Shown one piece after another: positions 9,636-19,432 of a stretch of 64,000 nucleotides of DNA (positions are counted from its first letter, which is position 1; each line of letters begins with the position of its first letter). The stretch comes from an uncultured Gammaproteobacteria bacterium (GTDB taxonomy: Bacteria > Pseudomonadota > Gammaproteobacteria > Xanthomonadales > SZUA-38), in contig CAZLJY010000003.1 of assembly GCA_964559945.1 (NCBI GenBank), forward strand, positions 5,209-69,208. Direction: 5' to 3'. The position numbers and the translations under genes are program-made. Below the pieces are notes generated by a model that worked only from the letters and a program-made list of their open reading frames with translations, did not search any database and was not told the origin of the DNA.

Positions 9636-10054
9636 GGCTCTATTTCCAGTGGATCTGACATCAGCCCCACCTTGGGCACACCGGCTTTCTGCAGCGCCAC
9701 CATGGCCTCATAGACCCGACCATAAGGCACCGACCGATCGCCGCCAATGAGCACCGACAAATCCGGGTTATTGCGCACAAAGGCAGACACTTTGGTGATC
9801 AATGTTTCCAGGTCGATCAACTCCACCGCGCCGTCCAGGGACAGGTAAAAATCCCCGTTGGCCATCACGTTCACCACCACCGGTTCGTCACTTTGCTGAT
9901 CCATCGGCGCCGCATCGGCCTCGGGCAGCTCAATTTCCACCCCTAACTGCAATAGCGGCGCAGTAATCATAAAAATGATCAGCAGCACTAACATGACGTC
10001 GATGTACGGAACCACGTTAATTTCCGCCATCTGCTTTCGCTTGCCACGAGCCAT
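9632..10054 (-). CDS. tolR: Tol-Pal system protein TolR (ExbD family)
   Basis: MAEINVVPYIDVMLVLLIIFMITAP is the ExbD/TolR signature. It overlaps the tolA start by 4 nt. Confidence 0.93.
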   Translation of the reverse strand: MARGKRKQMAEINVVPYIDVMLVLLIIFMITAPLLQLGVEIELPEADAAPMDQQSDEPVVVNVMANGDFYLSLDGAVELIDLETLITKVSAFVRNNPDLSVLIGGDRSVPYGRVYEAMVALQKAGVPKVGLMSDPLEIEP

Positions 10055-10090
10055 CAGTCAGCGGCCCGCAAGTGAGTGTGGCCCATGGCG

Positions 10091-10768
10091 TCAGTCATCC
10101 ATATCGGCCTGGCGATGCAGGATGGTAGAAAACTCTTCCTTAAAGGTGTCGTAGCGCCCTTCCAGACGCTCCACCTCGCTGGAGTACTTGTTAAACGCCA
10201 CCACTGCTGGAATCGCCGCGAACAGACCCATGGCCGTCGCAATCAGCGCCTCAGAGATGCCCGGGGCCACCATCGCGATAGTGGCCTGATTGACATTGGA
10301 TAAGGCATGGAAGGAAATCATGATGCCCCAGACGGTGCCAAACAAACCCACATAGGGGCTAGTGCTGCCAACCGTTGCCAAAAAGCTCAGATGGTTTTCC
10401 AAATAATCCAATTCCCGGCTCAGGGCCACACGCATGGCACGTTCAGCGCCTTCCAGCATCCGATCGCCGGCACCCGGTTTGCGTTGGCGGGTGCGCGCAA
10501 ACTCCCGAAAACCGGCCTCAAAAACCGACTCAAGCCCGGCAACCTTGGTGCGTTCTGCGCTGATCTCCCGGAAAAGCGCCGCCAAATCCACGCCCGACCA
10601 AAAGCGCTCTTCAAAATCATCAGCATCTTTACGGGCTCTGGCAATCACTGTGCGCTTGCCAAAAATGATCCACCAAGACGAAATCGACGCTAATAACAAA
10701 ATCGCCATCACGATTTGTACCGGCAAACTGGCAGAGGCAATGAGCTGCAGCGGATTAAAATCATCCAT
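10091..10768 (-). CDS. tolQ: Tol-Pal system protein TolQ (MotA/ExbB family)
   Basis: Three TM segments and the conserved ...LATVGSTSPYVGLFGTVWGIM...PGISEALIATAMGLFAAIPAV motif. Confidence 0.95.
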   Translation of the reverse strand: MDDFNPLQLIASASLPVQIVMAILLLASISSWWIIFGKRTVIARARKDADDFEERFWSGVDLAALFREISAERTKVAGLESVFEAGFREFARTRQRKPGAGDRMLEGAERAMRVALSRELDYLENHLSFLATVGSTSPYVGLFGTVWGIMISFHALSNVNQATIAMVAPGISEALIATAMGLFAAIPAVVAFNKYSSEVERLEGRYDTFKEEFSTILHRQADMDD

Positions 10769-10894
10769 GGGGCTTCAACTCGCGGTGACCTGAACGGTGT
10801 AAAAACGACTCATGGTTGTTCATTATTCGGTATTTCCTGACCATTTTGAGGCAAAAACAGGTGCAAATTATGACAGGGTTAGTATCCCTTGAGT

Positions 10895-11332
10895 TCAAAG
10901 ATTGCGCAGCAGCGGCGGGAATCGGCATGGTGCCCAGCGTTTAGCATCCAAACACGCCGCCTCGCCGGAGCCACGAACCAATAGGGTTTGGTCCGCGCGG
11001 CGCCATATCTGTTGATTGACACTGAAACTGGCGCCTTTGCGGTTGGCAAGGCTAACGGTGACGTCTAATTCATCATCCAGTCGCGCCGGCGCCAAGTAGT
11101 CTGCGTTAATTGAGCGCATCACCATTACCACGCCTTCTTTGGCTTCCAGTTCGCTTTGGACCACCCCCCGTGCTCTCAGCCATTCGGTACGAGCGCGCTC
11201 CATAAACTTTAGATAATTGGCGTAATAAACCACCCCGCCAGCATCAGTATCTTCCCAGTACACCCGCACCGGCCAAACAAAGTCAGCGTCTGAGATGGGC
11301 GGGTCAGCGACCTTAGCCATGGTCCGCGCCAT
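10895..11332 (-). CDS. ybgC: Tol-Pal-associated acyl-CoA thioesterase (4HBT/hotdog fold)
   Basis: [34 protein letters not shown] closely matches the YbgC N-terminus. The start is ambiguous (ATG 11332 or 11320). The caller's 11443 start runs into ruvB. Confidence 0.88.
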   Translation of the reverse strand: MARTMAKVADPPISDADFVWPVRVYWEDTDAGGVVYYANYLKFMERARTEWLRARGVVQSELEAKEGVVMVMRSINADYLAPARLDDELDVTVSLANRKGASFSVNQQIWRRADQTLLVRGSGEAACLDAKRWAPCRFPPLLRNL

Positions 11333-12377
11333 CGTCAGCTTTTTTAGAGGTGGTCGGTAGATCGCTGAACAGGTCACCGCCAGTGCCCGGCCTGGGCTTA
11401 AGGCCAAAGTGGCGATAGCCTTTGCTGGTGACCATACGGCCACGGGGAGTTCGCATGATAAAGCCCTGTTGAATCAGGTAAGGCTCCAGCACATCCTCAA
11501 CGGTATCGCGCTCCTCGCTGATTGCTGCGGCCAGAGAATCCACCCCCACCGGGCCACCGTCGAAATGTTCGATCATGGTTTTCAGCAGACGTCGATCCTG
11601 AGCATCAAACCCCGCAGCATCCACATCCAACATACCCATGGCTGCAGTGGCGATGGCCTCATCAATGGTGCCGTCACCCTTTACTTGGGCGAAGTCTCGC
11701 ACCCGGCGTAGCAGCCGGTTGGCGATTCGCGGCGTGCCGCGGGAGCGACGAGCCAACTCCTGAGCACCACTATGGTCACACTCAATATTCAGAATGCCAG
11801 CGGATCGTTCGACGATTTGGGTCAGCTCATCAACGCTGTAAAACTCCAACCGCTCCACGATGCCGAATCGATCTCGTAGCGGCGATGTCAGCAGTCCCGC
11901 TCGGGTGGTTGCACCGACCAAGGTGAATGGTGGTAGATCCAGTTGAATGGAACGGGCCGCGGGACCTTCGCCAATCATTAGGTCTAATTTGTAGTCCTCC
12001 ATGGCCGGATACAACACCTCCTCAACCACTGGCGAAAGGCGGTGAATCTCATCCACAAACAAGACATCGTGTTCCTGCAAATTGGTCAGTTGCGCGGCCA
12101 GATCACCGGCGCGCTCTAACACCGGACCGGAGGTAATCTTCAGCGCCGCACCCAGCTCATTGGCGATCACGTGGGCCAAGGTGGTTTTACCCAACCCTGG
12201 CGGGCCATAAATCAGCGTGTGATCCAGCGATTCGCCGCGCCCGCGAGCAGCTTGGATAAATATTTCTAGCTTTTCCTTGACCTGCTCCTGCCCCAGGCAC
12301 TCTTTGAGTGTTTGCGGTCGTAGACTGCGTTCAATGACGTCATCATCACCTTCAGGCCCTACGATACGGTCATCCAT
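11313..12377 (-). CDS. ruvB: Holliday junction branch migration helicase RuvB
   Basis: Walker [18 protein letters not shown], and the overall AAA+ RuvB pattern. Confidence 0.97.
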   Translation of the reverse strand: MDDRIVGPEGDDDVIERSLRPQTLKECLGQEQVKEKLEIFIQAARGRGESLDHTLIYGPPGLGKTTLAHVIANELGAALKITSGPVLERAGDLAAQLTNLQEHDVLFVDEIHRLSPVVEEVLYPAMEDYKLDLMIGEGPAARSIQLDLPPFTLVGATTRAGLLTSPLRDRFGIVERLEFYSVDELTQIVERSAGILNIECDHSGAQELARRSRGTPRIANRLLRRVRDFAQVKGDGTIDEAIATAAMGMLDVDAAGFDAQDRRLLKTMIEHFDGGPVGVDSLAAAISEERDTVEDVLEPYLIQQGFIMRTPRGRMVTSKGYRHFGLKPRPGTGGDLFSDLPTTSKKADDGADHG

Positions 12378-12973
12378 CAGCCGGCCACCTGGGATTTCAA
12401 CGCCTGGCGAATAATCTCCTCGGCGCTCAACCCCTCGCCATCAACCTGTTGCACCATGCGCGAAACCTCAGCCGGCTTGTAACCCAGATTGCGCAGGGCC
12501 GCGGTGGCTTCAGCAGCGGCATCGCCAGCCGATACCGGCGCCCCTGGCGCTGTGTTGGATGCCGCTACACCTTCTGGTAAGCGGTCACGCATCTCAATAA
12601 TCAACCGTTCAGCGGTTTTCTTACCGATACCTGGCAAGCGCGTCAGCGAGACCGGATCGTTGTTATTAACCATCGCCACAAACTCGCCAACACTGACCCC
12701 CGACAAAATAGCCAGCGCAAGTTTCGCTCCAACGCCGCTGACTTTGAGCAGATTGCGAAACAGTTCTCGCTGAACTTCATCGGCAAACCCATATAGAGTG
12801 TGGGAGTCTTCCTTCACCATCAGATGAGTCAGGATCACCACCGGCTCGCCGTCGTGGGGAAGGTCAAAAAACACACTGGTGGGCGCTTCCACCTCGTAAC
12901 CCACACCGCCAACCTCCACCATGAGCAGCGGCGGGCGTTTGTGAATCAAGGTACCTCGCAGTCGGCCGATCAT
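12377..12973 (-). CDS. ruvA: Holliday junction DNA helicase subunit RuvA
   Basis: [28 protein letters not shown] is the classical RuvA N-terminus, followed by HhH motifs ([12 protein letters not shown]). The caller's 13096 start is a 5' extension. Confidence 0.95.
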   Translation of the reverse strand: MIGRLRGTLIHKRPPLLMVEVGGVGYEVEAPTSVFFDLPHDGEPVVILTHLMVKEDSHTLYGFADEVQRELFRNLLKVSGVGAKLALAILSGVSVGEFVAMVNNNDPVSLTRLPGIGKKTAERLIIEMRDRLPEGVAASNTAPGAPVSAGDAAAEATAALRNLGYKPAEVSRMVQQVDGEGLSAEEIIRQALKSQVAG

Positions 12974-12980
12974 GCTGGGG

Positions 12981-13547
12981 TCATCGTCTGGGTTGCACCG
13001 ATCGACGTCGCCTTCCGGCGCCTGTCGCTGGAATTGTGGCCAAACGGTTTTGGGTCGCCCGATGATGGGCATGACAAATAGCCGCGGCCAATGCATCTGC
13101 AGCGTCGGCCTGCAGGGGCGGCGTCAGCTTTAGCAACATCGCGACCATGTGTTGGACCTGGGTTTTATCTGCGCCACCACCACCTACCAGGGCCTGCTTA
13201 ATGCTGCGCGGCGAATACTCTGCCAATTCGCAAGTTCGCCCGGCGGCGACAATCGCGGCGCCACGAGCCTGGCCGAGTTTCAGCGCCGAATCGGGATTGC
13301 GCGACATAAACACCCGTTCAACAGCCACTTCCTGGGGTTGATGCTCAGCGACAGCTTCGCTGACGCCGTTAAAAATAGCTTGCAGTCGCGAATTCATATC
13401 GCCGCCGCCGGTTTTGATCGGAAAGTGAGCCACGTGACGTAGCTGATTACCTTGGGCATCGATAATGCCAATGCCAGTCACCACCGATCCTGGATCCACA
13501 CCCAGAATTCTCACCGTGCTCGCTGGCTGGCGCTCAGCTTTGGGCAT
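12981..13547 (-). CDS. ruvC: Crossover junction endodeoxyribonuclease RuvC
   Basis: [17 protein letters not shown]... RuvC catalytic N-terminus. The start is either ATG 13547 (overlapping the yebC end) or GTG 13514. Confidence 0.93.
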   Translation of the reverse strand: MPKAERQPASTVRILGVDPGSVVTGIGIIDAQGNQLRHVAHFPIKTGGGDMNSRLQAIFNGVSEAVAEHQPQEVAVERVFMSRNPDSALKLGQARGAAIVAAGRTCELAEYSPRSIKQALVGGGGADKTQVQHMVAMLLKLTPPLQADAADALAAAICHAHHRATQNRLATIPATGAGRRRRSVQPRR

Positions 13548-14274
13548 AAGCCTCTTCTGGGATCTGGGCGTTGGAGTAGACCGCCTGGGTGTCATCAAGA
13601 TCTTCCAACATATCCAACATCGCCAACGCTGATTGGCCAGCATCCAGCTCCAGCTCAACCCGTGTATCGGGCTTCATGGTGACTTCAGCATCATCGGGCT
13701 CAAGCCCCGCATCCCTCAAGGCATTTCGTACTGCCTCAAAGTCGTCGGGCTGAGTGATGACCTCCACCGCCCCCTCTTCTTCCAGCACATCCTCTGCGCC
13801 AGCTTCCAGTGCAGCCTCCATGATGGCATCTTCATCCGCACCGGGACCGTAGGTAATCACGCCCAGCTTGTTAAAAAGATACCCCACCGACCCATCAGTG
13901 CCCAGACTGCCGCCGTATTTGGTAAACGCATGGCGGACCTCCGCGACAGTTCGGTTTCGATTATCGGTCAGTGTGTCGACCATCACTGCAACCCCATTGG
14001 GGCCGTAACCTTCATAGCGAATTTCTTCATAGGTCACCCCTTCCAGATCGCCGGTGGCCTTTTTAATGGCACGCTCCAAGGTATCTTTCGGCATATTGGC
14101 CGCGTTGGCCTTATCAATGGCCAATCGCAACCTTGGGTTGGCGTCGGGATCTCCGCCACCCGCTTTGGCGGCCACGGTTACCTCCCGAATGACCCGGGTA
14201 AAGACTTTGCCGCGCTTGCGATCCTGGGCCTTTTTGCGGTGTTGAATGTTGGCCCACTTACTATGTCCTGCCAT
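13534..14274 (-). CDS. yebC: YebC/PmpR family DNA-binding transcriptional regulator
   Basis: [32 protein letters not shown] is the invariant YebC-family N-terminus. Confidence 0.95.
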   Translation of the reverse strand: MAGHSKWANIQHRKKAQDRKRGKVFTRVIREVTVAAKAGGGDPDANPRLRLAIDKANAANMPKDTLERAIKKATGDLEGVTYEEIRYEGYGPNGVAVMVDTLTDNRNRTVAEVRHAFTKYGGSLGTDGSVGYLFNKLGVITYGPGADEDAIMEAALEAGAEDVLEEEGAVEVITQPDDFEAVRNALRDAGLEPDDAEVTMKPDTRVELELDAGQSALAMLDMLEDLDDTQAVYSNAQIPEEAYAQS

Positions 14275-14445
14275 GAATCTTGACTCTGTTTCGCTGAAGC
14301 TTGGTATTTTATCATCGCAGCGGCTCTAGGTATCAGAAATCCTGCGAACCGACCTGCCACATCTGTTGATCGGATCTGATTACGCAGCGCTGGATCACAT
14401 TTTTCCGCGCTACCTGATGGCCATTCAGCTCCGGTTAACTGCACG

Positions 14446-15531
14446 ATGGGAATACTGTCGCCCATGAAATCCGTGGCTATCAATGCTCTAGTTAACCCAG
14501 CAATTACCGAAAAAACGGCTGAACTCACCGAGGCATTTGCAAACACCAAACCCTTTCGCCATGTGGTAATCGATGATTTTTTCCACGCAGAGTTTTGCAC
14601 GCATCTAGTCAATGAATTCCCCCCATTTGACGACAAGTTGGCACTCAATGAAAACGGCCAGGTAGGAGCCAAAGCGGTTCACGAGAAAATACGCGGTCTG
14701 GGCAATGCCTTTGCTCAGTTGGACGCGTTAGTGGCGCAAAAGAATTTTCGTCAGTTGATCGGCGACATTACCGGCATCACCGATCTTCAGTTTGATCCCC
14801 ACTATTTTGGCGGCGGTACTCATGAAAATCGGCACGGTCAGGATCTCGACCCCCATGTGGATTTCAACTATCACCCACGCAACGGCCAACATCGACGGCT
14901 AAACCTTATTGTCTATCTAAACCCCCGCTGGGAAAAAAATTGGGGCGGATGGCTCGACCTGCACGCCGACCCCTATTTACCCGTAGGTGAAGATCGAGTG
15001 ACCCGAATACAGCCATTGATGAATCGGTGCGTGATTTTCGAAACCACGGAAAATTCCTGGCACGGTTTTGAGCGCATTACTCTGCCCAAAGATCAGCGTC
15101 ACTTGTCTCGACGATCCTTTGCGCTCTATTACTATTCGAAAAAGCGCCCAATCCAACAAACGGCGAAACCCCACTCTACTGTGTACGTGGATCGACAATT
15201 GCCAGCACACTTTTGCCCGGGCCTTACGTTAACTGACGCCAACGTCCAGGAACTGGAAATTCTCTTAAAGCGCAGAGACCAACACACCCAGAGGCTCTAT
15301 CGGAACCTACAGGATCTTTCAGCTCAGTTGTCCTCTGCCAGGGGCTATCTGGATTATGTAAAGAACCAAGAAGAGGCTGAAACTCCGGGAAATTTAGATA
15401 CGCATGTTCGGCGCCAGCTGCGACAGCTAGCGATGATGCGTCTTGAGCTGGCTGCCATGCGCGCCTCACTGTCCTGGCGCCTAACCCGGCCATTCCGGAT
15501 CCTGAAGCGCCGGCTGCTAAGGGCTAGCTGA
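14446..15531 (+). CDS. 2OG-Fe(II) oxygenase superfamily protein (prolyl-hydroxylase-like) with C-terminal coiled-coil tail
   Basis: HxD...H facial-triad candidates (LDPHVDFNYH ... NSWHGFERI) and RRSFALYYY. The last ~100 aa are helical and charged. An alternative start is ATG 14464. Confidence 0.6.
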   Translation: MGILSPMKSVAINALVNPAITEKTAELTEAFANTKPFRHVVIDDFFHAEFCTHLVNEFPPFDDKLALNENGQVGAKAVHEKIRGLGNAFAQLDALVAQKNFRQLIGDITGITDLQFDPHYFGGGTHENRHGQDLDPHVDFNYHPRNGQHRRLNLIVYLNPRWEKNWGGWLDLHADPYLPVGEDRVTRIQPLMNRCVIFETTENSWHGFERITLPKDQRHLSRRSFALYYYSKKRPIQQTAKPHSTVYVDRQLPAHFCPGLTLTDANVQELEILLKRRDQHTQRLYRNLQDLSAQLSSARGYLDYVKNQEEAETPGNLDTHVRRQLRQLAMMRLELAAMRASLSWRLTRPFRILKRRLLRAS

Positions 15532-16413
15532 GTACCACTGCTCCAACATAGACAAGGAGATACCGGCTCCGCCACAGGCAATCACCAGCGGCTTGTGAGC
15601 CTCAATCAAGCCGTCATAAACCGCACTGACAACCGCGCCACATGCAGGCTCGACTAAACGTCGGTGTTCGTCAGCAAAACGTCGGCACCCAGCCACCGCC
15701 TGGGCGTCGCTCACAAGTCGGCTGTGGATCAAATGCTCTTGGGTCCATTGCCACGCTCTATCTGCGACCTGATGAGCCCCCATGGTGAGGGCGATGGTAT
15801 TGATGGACTCCAATGCCACCGGTCCACCCGCATCCATGGCCGCCTTCAGGGAGGCTGCCCCGTAGGTTTCGACGGCAAACACCGGCACGTCGACCCAGCC
15901 AGCCCGAGCCATACCTTCGAGCACACCACACATCAAGCCACCACCACCAACGGCCAGCACCACTGCGTCAGGTTCCAGTCCGCTTGCCACGCATTCATCC
16001 ACCAAACTACTATGACCGGTCCAGATTTCCGGGTGATCAAAGGGATGAGCGTATGTGCCACCCAACTGATCGCACAGGTGCCGGGCCACTTGATCGGACT
16101 CACTCCAGTCAACGCCTTCCTGACGTACCTTGGCACCCAGGGCAGTGAGCCGCTCCAAGGTCAATTGGGGGACTGTCTCAGGCACCACCACATGGCATTT
16201 GAGGGCTAATTTTCCAGCTGCGTAAGCCACCGCTAGACCCGCATTTCCGCCGGATGAACTGACAATGGTATCGGCGCCAGCGGCTTTGGCCTGCTGCACC
16301 AACCGTGACATACCCCGAAGCTTAAACGAGCCAGTGGGCTGGTCACATTCCATTTTCAGCCACATCTCGCCCGTTTCGACAGGCTGACGTATCAGTGGAG
16401 TGTTGACGTACAT
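15517..16413 (-). CDS. PLP-dependent serine/threonine dehydratase-like enzyme (tryptophan-synthase-beta fold)
   Basis: PTGSFKLRG lysine motif and the SSSGGNAGLAVAYAA glycine loop. The ~298 aa length is typical of short catabolic serine/threonine dehydratases. Confidence 0.8.
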   Translation of the reverse strand: MYVNTPLIRQPVETGEMWLKMECDQPTGSFKLRGMSRLVQQAKAAGADTIVSSSGGNAGLAVAYAAGKLALKCHVVVPETVPQLTLERLTALGAKVRQEGVDWSESDQVARHLCDQLGGTYAHPFDHPEIWTGHSSLVDECVASGLEPDAVVLAVGGGGLMCGVLEGMARAGWVDVPVFAVETYGAASLKAAMDAGGPVALESINTIALTMGAHQVADRAWQWTQEHLIHSRLVSDAQAVAGCRRFADEHRRLVEPACGAVVSAVYDGLIEAHKPLVIACGGAGISLSMLEQWYSASP

Positions 16414-16565
16414 ACCGCCTCCTTAAGGCAAATTCGGCTAACCTATAGTGAATCACTTGTGTAAGAGAAAACCATAGACAATCAATAATGACGGCCGCAA
16501 TGGATTGTTCATCAAGTCAGAGTTGCACCAAATGCGCTTGATAAATAAACCATCGAGTGCAAATA

Positions 16566-16598
16566 GTTAGGGGGAAAAGGATCTTTTGAACGTCTGCC
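16566..16598 (+). promoter_or_regulatory. Candidate ECF-sigma-type promoter upstream of P1
   Basis: GTTAGGGGG (16566-16574), a 16-nt spacer, then CGTC (16591-16594) inside AACGTCTGCC (16589-16598). The same architecture and the identical 10-mer recur upstream of P2. Confidence 0.4.
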
Positions 16599-16608
16599 AA
16601 CAGAACTT

Positions 16609-18033
16609 ATGAGTAAACAACGACTGATCCATAGTATTGCCATCGCCGCTCTGTTGGCTTGCGCCACCGCCAATGCAGTGCGCCTAAGTCTGGACGATTC
16701 AGGTCAGGTTTTGCTGTTCCCGTTGTTTCTCACTGGCGGCAGTTTTCAGACCATTTTTGAGATTCGCAATCAATCAGATTTGGGCAAGGCTCTGCGTCTG
16801 GTGGTTAAGGACCCGGTCAACGCGCGCCCAACCCTATCATTGAACATTTACCTGGCGCCCGGGGATAGTTGGTCTAGCGCGTTATTTAGCCCCGACCCCG
16901 ATCAACCGGTTCGTACCGCAACCGCGGTTCTCGCCAAATCCGAAGATGCCAGCTGCACCTTTCCCGAGCGCAGTGCAATCCCAGACACGGGAATGACACT
17001 CAGCGAAGCGTTTTTTAGTGAAGACTTGAGTGGCATTGTATTGAGCCAGTCGCGCCGTGCGCTAGGTTTTGTTGAAGTCTATGAGATGGGTGCAATGGAG
17101 CCAGCATTGGCCACCGACTGCGAAGAAATATCCCAGCGCTTCAGTGACGGTGGCATTTGGACCACAACACCGAATCAGGACTTGCTCCCACCGGGGGGCG
17201 GTGTGGAGGGTTACGCCATTTTGGTGGATGTAGACCAGGGACGTGCCCATCAGTACGAGGCACTGGCCCTGGAAGATTTCCGCGACTCAGCCTTACATAC
17301 CCACCCCTTGACCAGCCGTCAGCCCAACCTGATGGACGTCAGTCCGGCCGAGAGTCGGGTGCTGGAAACCGTCGAATTTGGCAATCGAACGCTGCAGGTC
17401 GAACGGGTTTCCAACTGGAGCCAGACCCCGGTGCATGCCGTGGACGCGCTGCTGATGGCCACCGAGGCTCGCACCGACTATTCCGTCGCCGCCAACCTTG
17501 ACGCAACAGTGTTCACTACCCTAAATTTCCCGACCCGGGCCTATCACGCCGATGTGGAAAGGTTTTATCTCGCTCAGGGGCAAGACCGCGTATTAGCCCC
17601 ATTCCAAACCTCCTTGCCACTGGCCGCTGCGGAGAACCTTGAAGCCAACGCCATTGAGGTCACCTCAGTGGACCGAGAAGGCCGCAATTTTACCCTCCAA
17701 CCCTTTTCAGGGCGCGTTAACTGTGATCTGGCCAATAGCGCAGTCACCACCGTATTTATGAGCAACACCATCGGGTTCACTCAGCCTTGTGACTACACCG
17801 AGGGGGAGTTCCGCGTTCCCAACAACGCCATGGAGGGTGAAGTTCGATATCAGTTAAGTGGAGAAATAGTGTCGGATGAAGGTCATGTTTTTTCTGGCTT
17901 ACCCATCGCAGGCTTTGTTATACAAAGCATCCGCAACACTCAGATCGACGTTGCACCTGGGGTTCGAGGCATTGCTGATTACGGTTGGGCCCGAGCACTG
18001 AAAATTGAACGCCAGGTCACAGACCCACAATGA
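16609..18033 (+). CDS. Uncharacterised secreted protein P1 (paralog of 22767..24032)
   Basis: Signal peptide MSKQRLIHSIAIAALLACATANA. No motif that I can assign to a characterised family. Clear paralogy to P2, with four aligned cysteines. The stop overlaps the tonB-like start (ATGA at 18030-18033). Confidence 0.85.
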   Translation: MSKQRLIHSIAIAALLACATANAVRLSLDDSGQVLLFPLFLTGGSFQTIFEIRNQSDLGKALRLVVKDPVNARPTLSLNIYLAPGDSWSSALFSPDPDQPVRTATAVLAKSEDASCTFPERSAIPDTGMTLSEAFFSEDLSGIVLSQSRRALGFVEVYEMGAMEPALATDCEEISQRFSDGGIWTTTPNQDLLPPGGGVEGYAILVDVDQGRAHQYEALALEDFRDSALHTHPLTSRQPNLMDVSPAESRVLETVEFGNRTLQVERVSNWSQTPVHAVDALLMATEARTDYSVAANLDATVFTTLNFPTRAYHADVERFYLAQGQDRVLAPFQTSLPLAAAENLEANAIEVTSVDREGRNFTLQPFSGRVNCDLANSAVTTVFMSNTIGFTQPCDYTEGEFRVPNNAMEGEVRYQLSGEIVSDEGHVFSGLPIAGFVIQSIRNTQIDVAPGVRGIADYGWARALKIERQVTDPQ

Positions 18034-18764
18034 AACAAACCCGTGGCAGACTGATCGCATGTATCGCCGCCTCCATCGTTGTGCAGCTGTTGTTGCTGGC
18101 TTGGTTGGCCCGGCCGGTTTCCTTGCCGCTGTCTTTACCGACGTTGGAAGTACTGCTGGTCAGTCCGCGGGATCTCGATAACCTGTCTGCGGCGAGTTTA
18201 CCGGCTCAAACTCAAGCTACCCAAGCGCCAACACCTTCTCAATCCGGCGATGCGCAAAGCAAGCCACCGCCCGCGCCACTTTCGGACCCACTGGCCGCCA
18301 AATCTGATCGTCAGCCAGTGCCGAACATCCCGCAATCTGGCACTGGAATCACTGCCAGCTCTATCGCTAGCGTGTTGCCGATTGATTTTACTCAAAGCCT
18401 TTCGCCGCCGCAGCCAGCTGGACAAAACCCGGCTAACTCAGTGGACTTCAGAAATCCTGACCCGCACAACGCCGGGGTGGAGCTCGCCATTCGCCAGCGC
18501 CTCGCCCAGTTTCAATCCTATCCTCCCAGCGCCCGCCGCCGGGGGATTGAAGGTGACGTCACAGTGAGATTCGTCATTGGTCAACGAGGCAAAGTGATGG
18601 ACAGTGAACTGATTAAGTCTTCCGGCTCTCGTCATTTGGATCAGGCCGCCCTTAGACTGGTGGCCGATGCGGCACCCTATCCGTCATTACCTGCCAGTAT
18701 TTCCGCCTCCAGACTAGAGGTCAAAATACCCATCGAGTACCGATTGCAGCCTCCAGCCATATAG
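18030..18764 (+). CDS. TonB family energy-transducer paralog
   Basis: N-terminal TM anchor, a Pro/Gln/Ser-rich spacer, and a C-terminal TonB domain (YPPSARRRGIEGDVTVRFVIGQRGKVMDSELIKSSGSRHLDQAALRLV...YP). Confidence 0.85.
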   Translation: MKQTRGRLIACIAASIVVQLLLLAWLARPVSLPLSLPTLEVLLVSPRDLDNLSAASLPAQTQATQAPTPSQSGDAQSKPPPAPLSDPLAAKSDRQPVPNIPQSGTGITASSIASVLPIDFTQSLSPPQPAGQNPANSVDFRNPDPHNAGVELAIRQRLAQFQSYPPSARRRGIEGDVTVRFVIGQRGKVMDSELIKSSGSRHLDQAALRLVADAAPYPSLPASISASRLEVKIPIEYRLQPPAI

Positions 18765-18786
18765 ATTTGGACGCCCTTTTCGCACC

Positions 18787-19290
18787 ATGAATTTGGCCAA
18801 CGCTGCCAACGCCGTTGAGACCCATCGCACTGAGCTCACCGCTTTCGCCGCGGCAATGGTGGGGACTCACCGGGCCGAAGACGTTGTTCAGGACGCCTGT
18901 TTTCGACTGGCCCGGGCATTGGAGCGGCAGCCCGCTGACAAACCCATAGAGAATGTGCGGGCCTATTTGTTTCGCATTACTGCCAACTTGGCGCGAGACC
19001 TGCTACGCCGTGATAAACGCTCAGACCGACATCTAAAAACCTTGGTTGAAGACGATAACAGCCCGGCTGCGGGCGAGGTTGCGGCCCTGGATGAGCAATT
19101 GGTTTTGCTTCGGGAGGCCATTGCCCAACTGCCAACCAAGTGCCGTCGGGCGTTCGTCGCGCGCAAGTATGAGGGACTTTCATACAAGGAAATCTCCGCC
19201 CGCGAGGGAATTACCGAGAAAACCGTCGAAAACCATATTGGGCGCGCACTAAAACTCCTGCGCGAGTCCATGGCCAGGCTAGAACAGTAG
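18787..19290 (+). CDS. ECF (sigma-70 family, FecI-like) RNA polymerase sigma factor
   Basis: Region 2 (VQDACFRL...YLFRITANLARDLLRR) and region 4 (LPTKCRRAFVARKYEGLSYKEISAREGITEKTVENHIGRAL). Length 167 aa. Confidence 0.9.
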   Translation: MNLANAANAVETHRTELTAFAAAMVGTHRAEDVVQDACFRLARALERQPADKPIENVRAYLFRITANLARDLLRRDKRSDRHLKTLVEDDNSPAAGEVAALDEQLVLLREAIAQLPTKCRRAFVARKYEGLSYKEISAREGITEKTVENHIGRALKLLRESMARLEQ

Positions 19291-19324
19291 GCTAGAACAG
19301 TAGGCTAGAACAGTAGGCTAGAAC
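19276..19324. repeat. Perfect 13-bp tandem repeat (AGGCTAGAACAGT x3 plus a 10-nt partial copy)
   Basis: Read directly. Units lie at 19276-19288, 19289-19301 and 19302-19314, with a partial copy at 19315-19324. The sigma-factor stop codon TAG (19288-19290) spans the junction between unit 1 and unit 2. Confidence 0.95.
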
Positions 19325-19357
19325 GGAAGTGTATGAGCCAAGCAAATATTCATTTTT

Positions 19358-19379
19358 CAACGGGTCAGCAGACCCGTTG
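19358..19379 (+). other. Intercistronic stem-loop between the sigma and anti-sigma genes
   Basis: CAACGGGTC-AGCA-GACCCGTTG: a 9-bp perfect stem and a 4-nt loop. No U-tract follows, so it is not a canonical intrinsic terminator. Confidence 0.6.
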
Positions 19380-19400
19380 TCGACCACAACGGACCAGGGC

Positions 19401-19429
19401 GTTGGGGGAATAGGGGTGATTGGAGCGTT
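19401..19429 (+). promoter_or_regulatory. Candidate ECF-sigma-type promoter-like motif upstream of fecR
   Basis: GTTGGGGG (19401-19408), a 17-nt spacer, then CGTT (19426-19429). It resembles the motifs before P1 and P2 but lies only a few nt from ATG 19433, which would imply a near-leaderless transcript. Confidence 0.25.
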
Positions 19430-19432
19430 GCT

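Noticed and set aside
10769-10894. Unusually long (126-bp) ybgC-tolQ spacer as a possible sRNA or regulatory element.
   Set aside because: No hairpin/terminator, promoter consensus or conserved-looking motif could be discerned by eye. It most likely holds the internal tolQ promoter and ribosome-binding region.
13633-14283. 216-aa plus-strand ORF antisense to yebC. Similar long shadow ORFs lie at 20832-21539, 43718-44269, 45841-46540, 53924-54538 and 9050-9478.
   Set aside because: Each lies entirely inside, and antisense to, a gene with unmistakable family motifs. The translations are Arg/Pro/Ser/Gly-rich with no recognisable domains, as expected for stop-poor antisense frames in ~56% GC DNA.
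16477-16492. Possible Fur box (GACAATCAATAATGAC) in the AT-rich region upstream of P1.
   Set aside because: It matches the 19-bp GATAATGATAATCATTATC consensus at only about half the positions and has no clear hexamer phasing. That is too weak to claim iron regulation.
19276-19324. CRISPR-like or mobile-element repeat, and the 106-aa minus-strand ORF 19292-19612 that covers it.
   Set aside because: The units are directly abutting 13-mers without spacers, and no cas genes, inverted terminal repeats or transposase are present. The antisense ORF has no start context or recognisable domain. It is treated as a simple tandem repeat instead.
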